Sequence record: PZ787336.1
Length of the DNA stretch: 47,147 nt
Origin: a phage
Direction: 5' to 3' (one strand)
Below are positions 36,396-47,147 of the stretch, one piece after another (position 1 is the stretch's first letter; the number at the start of each line of letters is the position of its first letter). The position numbers and the translations under genes are program-made. The notes below the pieces were generated by a model that was not told where the DNA came from, made no database searches, and saw nothing but the letters and a program-made list of their open reading frames with translations.

Positions 36396-38317
36396 TGCAT
36401 AAAATCGACAAAATGATTTCAGAGATTGATATTAATCTGCTGAAATCTTATCTGGATACTGGTGATATCGAGCCAAGACCCTATCAGTGGTTGATATATA
36501 AGTTAACTGGCGATGTGATTCGTCATTATGTTGGCCCAAGCTATGTAACAGCAAGTGTCGGTAGCGGAAAGTCACTGATGATTGCCATGATAGCAAAGCG
36601 TTTTCAGGAGATGGGCTATTCAGGGATGATTTTATCAAGACAGGGCGAAATAGTGGAGCAAGATGCGGAAGAGCTATGGTTGCTTGGTGTTAGAAACTCG
36701 CTATTCAGTGCTTCGTTGGGTAGGAAAAGTTCTACGTACCCAATAATCTGTGGTTCTGAGGGTACTGTTGTAAATGCTTTGTTTGATAAAAAAGATGAGC
36801 ATGGGAATGTTATTGCAAAAGGTGCGCTCTCTGACTTTTGCCCAAGATTCCTGCTGATCGATGAAAATCATATGGTTAATGACATTGATGTTGTTAATAA
36901 TGGTGATACGCAGTATGCAGTGATAATTAATGAGCTAATGAAAAGGTGTAAAGATAAGCATGGCCATGAGTTGAGAATAATAGGTTATACAGGCTCACCG
37001 TTTCGCGGAACTACATCAATAAAAGGCGCTTTCTGGAAGAAAGAGATTATCAACATAGACACCAAGTACATGGTTGAAAACGGTTTTCTTGTTCCAACAA
37101 TTTTTGGTCTTCGTGATGTTGATAGTCTGCATTATGACCTTTCGGATTTTCATGGTTCAGATGTTGATGGTACTCAGGACTTTACCGCCGAGCAGCTCAA
37201 GCAGATGCAGAAAGAAATTCTTGAGCAAGGTACGTTGACGCAGAAAATCATGCTCAAGGTTATGGAGTTGACTAAAAACAGAAACGGCGTACTGATTACA
37301 TGTGCTGGTAAAAAACATTGTCAGGAGGCGGCAAAATACCTACCCGAAGGAAGTTATTCAATAGTTACAGAAGATATGGGGTCAAAAGCCAGAAGGAAGG
37401 CTCTAAAAGATGCATACACCGGGCGTAAAAAATTCACATTCCAGATAGCCGCCCTTACCACTGGCGTAAATATACCGTTATGGGATACGAGCTGCATATT
37501 GCGAAAAATAATGTCGCTAACTCTCCTTGTCCAGCTTCTTGGTCGCGGAATGCGCCTACTGAAGAAAGAGCAAATTGATGCCGGGTATCATAAAGAAGAC
37601 CATCTGGTTCTTGATTTCTCTGGCACGATGTTTGAGCTTGGTCAGCTGTATGAAGACCCGATTCTGGAAGAGGCTGAAGCGCAACGTTCAAAACGCAGTG
37701 GCGAACAAGTTCCGTGTCATACATGTGGAACAATGAACAGCCCATATGCGCGTCGATGCATAGGGAAAGACCCGCTATCTCCAGATGGTCGCTGCGAAGA
37801 ATTTTTCAGTTACATCCGTTGCGGTTTTGATAAGCACGGAATCCGGATTTTTGATGATGGTTGCGGCACTAAAAACGACCCCACTGCGCGCTATTGCAGA
37901 CATTGCGATCACGTGTTGCGCGACCCTAATTCGGCACTGAATGAGCGTGCTTATACAGATAACGAGTGGGCTGATGTTATGGATTTCAAGGTTCAACTAA
38001 CGAAGGACGGAGAGGGGATTTTATATCGCTACTGGATTAACCGTTGTGATGGCAAAGAAGGCTGGGCTAATGAAGTTTTCTACCCTTATGGCGGCGCAAC
38101 TCACATGAAAAACATGTTCAAGGCAAAGGCGGTTTTTCCTCACCTTGATGATAAGTCAATGGCTTGGAAAATACTGAAATGCCAGAACGCCAAGCAATTC
38201 ATGATGTATGCGGGATTAATTAAAGCGCCAAAACGCATAACGCATCGAATTAATGATAAAGGCAGAGACATAATCCACCGCAAAGAATTTAAAGGAGAAC
38301 AAAGTGAAGCAGCTTGA
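36395..38317 (+). CDS. SF2 DEAD/DEAH-box-type helicase with Cys-rich C-terminal region
   Basis: Walker A ASVGSGKS, LLIDENH DExH box, LGRGMR motif VI; several CxxC pairs in the C-terminal third; the track ORF starts at 36389. Confidence 0.8.
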   Translation: MHKIDKMISEIDINLLKSYLDTGDIEPRPYQWLIYKLTGDVIRHYVGPSYVTASVGSGKSLMIAMIAKRFQEMGYSGMILSRQGEIVEQDAEELWLLGVRNSLFSASLGRKSSTYPIICGSEGTVVNALFDKKDEHGNVIAKGALSDFCPRFLLIDENHMVNDIDVVNNGDTQYAVIINELMKRCKDKHGHELRIIGYTGSPFRGTTSIKGAFWKKEIINIDTKYMVENGFLVPTIFGLRDVDSLHYDLSDFHGSDVDGTQDFTAEQLKQMQKEILEQGTLTQKIMLKVMELTKNRNGVLITCAGKKHCQEAAKYLPEGSYSIVTEDMGSKARRKALKDAYTGRKKFTFQIAALTTGVNIPLWDTSCILRKIMSLTLLVQLLGRGMRLLKKEQIDAGYHKEDHLVLDFSGTMFELGQLYEDPILEEAEAQRSKRSGEQVPCHTCGTMNSPYARRCIGKDPLSPDGRCEEFFSYIRCGFDKHGIRIFDDGCGTKNDPTARYCRHCDHVLRDPNSALNERAYTDNEWADVMDFKVQLTKDGEGILYRYWINRCDGKEGWANEVFYPYGGATHMKNMFKAKAVFPHLDDKSMAWKILKCQNAKQFMMYAGLIKAPKRITHRINDKGRDIIHRKEFKGEQSEAA

Positions 38318-38729
38318 TAGCGGCATATGGGTATTTGATAGCGGTTATCGTGGTGAGTGTCCTAAAGAGGAGACTGACCAGATGGGTTACGGAACATGGA
38401 TGCAACACCGCTTCCCTGATGTTCTGTGGTTTCATGTACCCAACGAAACTGGCACATCAAGCAGGGTGCAGTTTGTGCTGAAGCGCCAGAAGATGGGGGT
38501 TAAGGCTGGTATAGGCGACAATGTGATAATGACTCCGGGGGTAAATCACAGTTGTGGGATGATTGAAGCAAAGCGTCGCGATAAAAGCAAAAGCAGGGTG
38601 AGCAAGGAGCAATCGTCCGTGTTAACTGAGATGTGCAGGCTTGGTCATTATGCCGCCATCGCTTACGGTCTTGATGAACTAAAAAAAGCCACACTTTTCT
38701 ATTTTGGCTTGCCTTTCGATGTAGATTGA
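38304..38729 (+). CDS. VRR-NUC domain nuclease
   Basis: 141 aa with GIGDNVIMTPGV...GMIEAKRRD...SKEQ pattern consistent with the VRR-NUC fold; the 3' end runs into the promoter motif. Confidence 0.65.
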   Translation: MKQLDSGIWVFDSGYRGECPKEETDQMGYGTWMQHRFPDVLWFHVPNETGTSSRVQFVLKRQKMGVKAGIGDNVIMTPGVNHSCGMIEAKRRDKSKSRVSKEQSSVLTEMCRLGHYAAIAYGLDELKKATLFYFGLPFDVD

Positions 38730-38737
38730 TGTAGATT
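38709..38737 (+). promoter_or_regulatory. sigma70-like promoter with tandem GTAGATTGA / GTAGATTCA elements
   Basis: TTGCCT 38709-38714, N17, TAGATT 38732-38737; 24 nt upstream of the ATG at 38762. Confidence 0.45.
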
Positions 38738-38761
38738 CAACTGACAATAACAAGTGAGGTA

Positions 38762-39043
38762 ATGAAGATGAGTAACGAATTCAAAGGTACTAAAGGTGCG
38801 TGGAGAGTAGTGGTTGGTGATGACAATTCGCCTGATATTGTAGCTGATGGTGGAGTTGATATTGCCAGCACGCCAACATATAACGGGGATAAAGATGAGC
38901 AGTGGCACAATGCATACCTCATAGCCGCCGCCCCAGAACTCTTGAGTGCTTTGCAAGCATGTCTAGGATGGGTAAATAATGGTATTTCTCGTGACGCACA
39001 TAATCAAGCGATTACAGCAATCAACAAAGCGTTAGGCAAATAA
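38762..39043 (+). CDS. hypothetical protein, paralog of 20837..21088
   Basis: shared motifs EFKGTKGAW, IAAAPELLSALQ, AINKALG. Confidence 0.5.
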   Translation: MKMSNEFKGTKGAWRVVVGDDNSPDIVADGGVDIASTPTYNGDKDEQWHNAYLIAAAPELLSALQACLGWVNNGISRDAHNQAITAINKALGK

Positions 39044-39045
39044 CT

Positions 39046-39984
39046 ATGAAAGTCTACTTCAACAATGAACTCACAAACGAACAGTACCATGCCGACACAG
39101 AGCACATTAATGGTTCTGGATTATGGAATATACTTGACAGATGCCCAGCAGCATGGCGCTACAAAGACGAAGAAGATGAGCAATCAAAAGCTCTTATCTT
39201 CGGAACTGGAAGCCATACTGCACTACTTGAACCTGAGCGTTTCGATGCAGAATATGCGCGAATGCCAACAAAAGAAGATTTTGGTGATGACCTGCTTGTT
39301 ACAGTTAGTGACATGAACTCATGGGCGAAAGAGCGTGGCATTAAAGGACTATCAGGGAAGTCGAAAGCTGAGGTAATCAAAATTATTCAGGCGACTGGCG
39401 AACCAGTGAAAATTTACGATGTCATCCGTGAAGATGCTGAAAAAGCTGCTGCAGGAAAGCAGATGCTGGAAGGTAGTGATTATGACGCAATTCAGCAAAT
39501 GCGTGCTGTAATACACGCAAACAGCTACTACAGCAGCCTTCTTGCTGGCGCTTATGCTGAAGTGTCAATTCTCGGTGAACTTAACGGAGAAAAAGCAAAA
39601 GTTCGTTTTGACTGCCTGACAAAAGGTGGTGACATTATTGACTACAAAACGGCAGTGAGCGCCAAGCCTGAAGAGTTTTTCCGTCATGCTGCGCGACTTG
39701 GCTACTTTATGAAAATGGCTATGCAACACGATATGTTTGTTGCTGCATACGGTTATGCGCCACGCTCTGTTAATCTTCTCGTTCAGGAAAAGAAAGCACC
39801 ATTTATTCCTGCGTTAATTCGCTTGACTGAAGAGCAATTACGCATCGGTCGAATTCAGTTGCATGGCGCTATGGAAATTTACAAGGCGTGCAAAAAAGCC
39901 AATTCGTGGCCCGGTTATTCAATGGGTAATCCTGTCATAGAAATGGAAACGCCTGAATGGTTCAAAAAACAGTTTAATTTATAA
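39046..39984 (+). CDS. PD-(D/E)xK family exonuclease (RecE/YqaJ-like recombination nuclease)
   Basis: 312 aa with D...DIIDYKT-type nuclease motif; lies in a recombination module upstream of the ATPase and SSB genes. Confidence 0.6.
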   Translation: MKVYFNNELTNEQYHADTEHINGSGLWNILDRCPAAWRYKDEEDEQSKALIFGTGSHTALLEPERFDAEYARMPTKEDFGDDLLVTVSDMNSWAKERGIKGLSGKSKAEVIKIIQATGEPVKIYDVIREDAEKAAAGKQMLEGSDYDAIQQMRAVIHANSYYSSLLAGAYAEVSILGELNGEKAKVRFDCLTKGGDIIDYKTAVSAKPEEFFRHAARLGYFMKMAMQHDMFVAAYGYAPRSVNLLVQEKKAPFIPALIRLTEEQLRIGRIQLHGAMEIYKACKKANSWPGYSMGNPVIEMETPEWFKKQFNL

Positions 39985-39992
39985 TTAGTGAG

Positions 39993-41042
39993 GTGATGAA
40001 AATGGGTATTCTCAATATTAAACCAGCAGAGCGTTCAGGTTCTCGTGTAGTCATCGGTATTTCAGGCCAGTCTGGTAGCGGAAAAACATACAGCGCACTT
40101 AAGCTGGCTCGCGGGATGGTTGACTCACCAGAAGAAATCGGATTCCTTGATACTGAAAATGGTCGCGGTCGCCTGTACTCAAACATCCTTGATGGCAAAT
40201 TCCTGCACGCTGATATGTATGCTCCATTCAGCCCGGCCCGTTACCGTCAGGCCATTGAAGAGTTTCAGGCTGCCGGCGTTAAGGTTCTTGTTATTGATTC
40301 AGGTTCGCATGAATGGGAAGGTGAAGGCAGTTGCACGGAGATTGCTGAAAAGCCGCTGCTTAACGGTAAAAAGATGGCTGACTGGAAGCGCGCCAAAGCT
40401 GAACACAAGAAGTTCATGAATGCCATGCTACAAAGCAATATGCATATCATTGTCTGTCTTCGCGCTCGCCAGAAAACTGACTTCGCAAACCCGAAGGAAC
40501 CTGTATCACTTGGGTTACAGCCAGTGTGCGAGAAAGATTTCATGTTCGAGATGACCGTGAGCATGATGATGCACGATGGAGGAAAAATTCAGGAGTTCAC
40601 CAAATTACCAGAAGAGCTACGCCCCATCTTCTTTGAGTCTGGTCGTGAAAGCGTTCGTCATGGCTATATTGGAGAGGCTCATGGTCGAGGACTCATCAAA
40701 TGGGTGGACTCTGGTGTTAAAGTTGACGAAGAGTTTGAATCATGGCGCTCACGACTTCAGCTTTCAGCAGCAAAAGGAATGGAAGGACTGAAGGAAGAGG
40801 CGAAATCAATACCTGATAACCTGAAAGATAAGATTCGTGCAATATGGCCTTCTCTCGCTGCTTCTGCTGCTGAATATGATCGCATTGAGTCTTTTATCAA
40901 TGATGAGCAATTATCTCCTGTGGTAATAACTCCGCAGGATAATTTCGACCCTGCAAAACTGGCTAAACCGCAACCACAACAGCCAGAGCCACAGGAAGAA
41001 ACCAAAACCGAACATAAACCAACTCCAATTGAAGGATTTTAA
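39993..41042 (+). CDS. RecA-like / AAA ATPase (Sak4-like recombination ATPase candidate)
   Basis: Walker A GQSGSGKT and Walker B VLVIDSG; Pro/Gln-rich C-terminal tail. Confidence 0.6.
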   Translation: MMKMGILNIKPAERSGSRVVIGISGQSGSGKTYSALKLARGMVDSPEEIGFLDTENGRGRLYSNILDGKFLHADMYAPFSPARYRQAIEEFQAAGVKVLVIDSGSHEWEGEGSCTEIAEKPLLNGKKMADWKRAKAEHKKFMNAMLQSNMHIIVCLRARQKTDFANPKEPVSLGLQPVCEKDFMFEMTVSMMMHDGGKIQEFTKLPEELRPIFFESGRESVRHGYIGEAHGRGLIKWVDSGVKVDEEFESWRSRLQLSAAKGMEGLKEEAKSIPDNLKDKIRAIWPSLAASAAEYDRIESFINDEQLSPVVITPQDNFDPAKLAKPQPQQPEPQEETKTEHKPTPIEGF

Positions 41043-41045
41043 TAA

Positions 41046-41552
41046 ATGGCACGCGGCGTAAATAAAGTAATTATTGTCGGCACTCTCGGAAACGACCCTG
41101 AAGTTAAATATTCAGCATCAGGCTCTGCAATTGCCAACCTTTCTGTTGCAACATCTGAGCAGTGGAAAGATAAGCAGACAGGAGAAAAGAAAGAACAGAC
41201 CGAGTGGCATCGCGTGGTCATCTTCGGGAAACTTGCTGAGATTGCAGGCGAATACCTTCGCAAAGGTTCTCAGGTTTATATCGAAGGCCAGCTACGCACT
41301 CGTAAGTGGACTGACAGCAACGGCGTGGACAAATACACCACTGAGATTGTCATTCCGCAGATGGGTGGTGTTATGCAGATGCTTGGTGGTAGACGTGATG
41401 ATTCTGATCAGCAACAACCACGCCAGCAATCAGGACAGCAACCTCAAGGTGGATGGGGGACAAATCCGCAACAACAACAGCCACAAAAACAACAAAGCCC
41501 ACAAGGAGGCAATGAGCCGCCGATTGACTTCGACGACGACATTCCGTTCTGA
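41046..41552 (+). CDS. ssb: single-stranded DNA-binding protein
   Basis: OB-fold N-terminal region, Gln/Pro/Gly-rich linker and acidic C-terminal tail DFDDDIPF. Confidence 0.9.
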   Translation: MARGVNKVIIVGTLGNDPEVKYSASGSAIANLSVATSEQWKDKQTGEKKEQTEWHRVVIFGKLAEIAGEYLRKGSQVYIEGQLRTRKWTDSNGVDKYTTEIVIPQMGGVMQMLGGRRDDSDQQQPRQQSGQQPQGGWGTNPQQQQPQKQQSPQGGNEPPIDFDDDIPF

Positions 41553-41561
41553 TGATAAAAC

Positions 41562-41586
41562 AAACCCCGCCTGGGCGGGGTTTTAT
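41562..41586. terminator. bidirectional rho-independent terminator
   Basis: aaaCCCCGCCtgGGCGGGGtttt between convergent ssb and tailspike genes. Confidence 0.7.
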
Positions 41587-41620
41587 ACCTTGACTACTGA
41601 TCTAACCGTACTAGTATTAC

Positions 41621-43888
41621 TCACTTAGACATAACAGCTAATGCTTCCTGCATACGCTTAATAGTACGCCGCATCAACGCAGCCTCTAATATCAGTACTT
41701 CCTCGTAACGAATACCGTAGCGGGAACCTGCTGGTGTAATCAGTTTACGAGAGCCATTGGCATCTTCCTCGTATACATCATCCCAACTGTCGAAGCACAG
41801 GAAGCCATAGCGATGTGCATCTATACCGTGACGTTCGAATGCCTCCTTAGCTCGCTGAGCGATGATGCCGAAGTGCCATCTAGCTGAGTCTGCACCCTTC
41901 TCCTCAATTCGGTACAAGTACTGAAATTGCACAAAGTCAACTTCAGACCAAGCATCCAGTAAAGCATCTGAGATAATAAGAGGCTCTGTTTTATCCCTAG
42001 CATCTGAGACAACAGTGAATGCTGATTGAGTAAAACCGCCAGACCATGCTCGACTTGCGGAACCTAATGCGTATGTATCAGTACTATCTGGGGTCATTGC
42101 ATTAGAACCTAACTGCAAATAACCTGTGCTACTGGTGGGAAGACGCACGTTACCGTTGGTGAGTGATACTGCCCGAGAAGTACCATCAGAAGTAAATAGG
42201 CGAACTTGAGAAGAAGTACCCCCACCTACAGCTAATGACACAGCACCATCCCCAAGCATTCTGTACTTATCAGCCGAGGTAAGAACGCCTGACGGAAGTG
42301 ACATGGACTTAATCCGCCATTCGAACCTACCGGACATACTGCCTATGTACTGTCCTAATGCAGGAGCGTGCACTACGTTGCTATTACTGGTGCCGTCAAT
42401 AGTAACTGCACCTTCAATAGTACCAGCAGCACCGAGAAGGTCGTTTCTCCTTCCCGGATGCTTTACCTCTACGAAGTTACGGGTAGAACCTGATTCGAAA
42501 GTAATAACACCTGTAGCACTGTAGCTAGGAAATACAGACGCATAGTTGTTATTAGCTGTATCTATAAAGCGCGCAATTGTAGCAGTTTGAGCTTGCCCTA
42601 AAGAGTTAGTACCATCACATCCTGACATAAGCACATTGCTTATTACGTTATCAGAGCCTTCTACTGTAACACCGTGAGCCTGACTAGCATCAGAGATTGA
42701 GAAATCTACAAGCACATCTGAGATTAAGTTGGCACTACCTTTGCCTGCAACAACCGCTGCATATTTAGGATTATTAGCCACTACCCCATTGATAAGGTTG
42801 TTAGAGGGAGCTATTGACCCTTCTGTACCGTTGTAAGTTACATGCTGGCAGTCTGCCCCTATAACATTGCTGACTATGTTATAACTGGCTGTACCTTTCA
42901 GTTCTACAGCCCCGAACTGAGGGTAGTCCTTAGCAATGACGTTATTTATGAGGGAGTTAACCGAGGAATCAGCAAGTATGCATCCAGCCGCCTTATTAGC
43001 AGCATAGCCGGAGTAGCTACCTCGAATGCCTTTAATCATAAGCCCATCAGAGGGTGCATCATTAGGGTATGTGATTAAACTGAAACCAATGCCCTTAACG
43101 TTTGAGAAATTAACATCACTTATAGTAACATCACTACCACCAGCAAGAGATACCTGCTGCCCTTGAGTGGTATCGGTCGCCTTATTACTTTCTACCGTAA
43201 TATTACTTAAGCGACCTGAGCGTAGATTGTTAAATACTAAGTAGTTACCTGTACTTGAACGGTGACTTAGTACACCACTGCCTCTACCGTCTAAGTTACA
43301 GTAATTACTATTAATACCAGAACTAGAGAATACACCGTCTGATGCTACGACAGCTTTTTGAGAATTTAGTGAAGCAGCTATATTCTCCGTACTATCCGTT
43401 ACACCATCCCCTTTAGCACCCCAGCCTCGAACATCACCCTCATCACGCCATCTTGCCATCTGCAATTCAGGGTAACTGGACGCACCATCCGGGTCTGAAA
43501 TCTGGCTGCGCAGGGCTGCATCACCAACACTCAACCATTTCCCAATTCCAACACCGCCAGCGGATGCAGGAGCTGAACCAGAAGCGACTGTTTTAGGGAA
43601 TTCACCATCCCAGCGGTAATATTCTCCAGTAGCTTCATAGCGCAAAACCTGATTCGGTAACGTCAGCGTCGCTCCATCTTCAAAACTGTCCATTGTGATG
43701 TAGCCATAATTACGGATTGCTTCTTCTGCGGTGTATTGGAATCCAGCAATTGTCCAGCGGCGTACACCGAAGCGATCGGTATAGTAATGTGCATCAGATG
43801 TCACTACCTCGTCGATCTTACCGGCATTAAATTTCAGGTCGCGCGGGTCTTCTGACGGAATTGGTTTATTGGTTGGTGTGGTAGCCAT
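41621..43888 (-). CDS. tailspike / tail fibre protein with C-terminal intramolecular chaperone (peptidase S74-like) domain
   Basis: 755 aa; Gly/Ser/Asn-rich repetitive beta-helix-like middle region; C-terminal ...DARDKTEPL...FDSWDDVYEE... resembles the autoproteolytic chaperone domain of endosialidase-type tailspikes. Confidence 0.8.
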   Translation of the reverse strand: MATTPTNKPIPSEDPRDLKFNAGKIDEVVTSDAHYYTDRFGVRRWTIAGFQYTAEEAIRNYGYITMDSFEDGATLTLPNQVLRYEATGEYYRWDGEFPKTVASGSAPASAGGVGIGKWLSVGDAALRSQISDPDGASSYPELQMARWRDEGDVRGWGAKGDGVTDSTENIAASLNSQKAVVASDGVFSSSGINSNYCNLDGRGSGVLSHRSSTGNYLVFNNLRSGRLSNITVESNKATDTTQGQQVSLAGGSDVTISDVNFSNVKGIGFSLITYPNDAPSDGLMIKGIRGSYSGYAANKAAGCILADSSVNSLINNVIAKDYPQFGAVELKGTASYNIVSNVIGADCQHVTYNGTEGSIAPSNNLINGVVANNPKYAAVVAGKGSANLISDVLVDFSISDASQAHGVTVEGSDNVISNVLMSGCDGTNSLGQAQTATIARFIDTANNNYASVFPSYSATGVITFESGSTRNFVEVKHPGRRNDLLGAAGTIEGAVTIDGTSNSNVVHAPALGQYIGSMSGRFEWRIKSMSLPSGVLTSADKYRMLGDGAVSLAVGGGTSSQVRLFTSDGTSRAVSLTNGNVRLPTSSTGYLQLGSNAMTPDSTDTYALGSASRAWSGGFTQSAFTVVSDARDKTEPLIISDALLDAWSEVDFVQFQYLYRIEEKGADSARWHFGIIAQRAKEAFERHGIDAHRYGFLCFDSWDDVYEEDANGSRKLITPAGSRYGIRYEEVLILEAALMRRTIKRMQEALAVMSK

Positions 43889-43927
43889 TATAATAAATGC
43901 TCCTTTGTGAATTTGATGTATATTGTA

Positions 43928-47147
<3,220 letters not shown>

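Noticed and set aside
43895-43925. Promoter-like TATATT element between the tailspike and J-like genes
   Set aside because: Plus-strand orientation with no plus-strand gene downstream and no TTGAC -35 element.

Overview
The window reads as a complete or near-complete genome (~47 kb) of a tailed, siphovirus-type enterobacterial phage, linearised inside a tail gene: a minus-strand gene starts at 112 and runs off base 1, and the ORF running off base 47147 continues it in the same frame. Most genes are on the minus strand: an early operon of small ORFs next to the origin (32085 down to HNH 29544), terminase small/large subunits, small ORFs, portal, head morphogenesis protein, a lysis cassette (endolysin, holin candidate, Rz/embedded Rz1), protease-scaffold, decoration-like protein, major capsid, head-tail connectors, major tail protein, tape measure, minor tail proteins, NlpC/P60 protein, J-like tip protein and a tailspike with a C-terminal intramolecular-chaperone domain. 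The plus strand carries a replication/recombination module (iteron origin, P-loop replication protein, SF2 helicase, VRR-NUC, PD-(D/E)xK exonuclease, RecA-like ATPase, SSB; the primase is on the minus strand) plus several small self-contained plus-strand islands, each with its own promoter and terminator, inserted among late genes: an Imm superinfection-immunity cassette, a ParB-like nuclease plus C5-methyltransferase cassette, two others of unknown function, and a promoter-to-terminator locus with no ORF. No integrase, repressor, tRNA or CRISPR array was found. Two caveats run through everything: at least five genes, including the endolysin, are broken by single-base deletions in homopolymer runs, which looks like sequencing error rather than biology; and product calls rest on remembered family motifs and gene order, not on database searches. 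Coordinates of promoters and terminators are approximate (about +/-2 bp). The most interesting candidates for something undescribed are the non-coding locus at 5490-6034, the repeated bidirectional promoter module built around GTAGATTGA, and the accessory islands.
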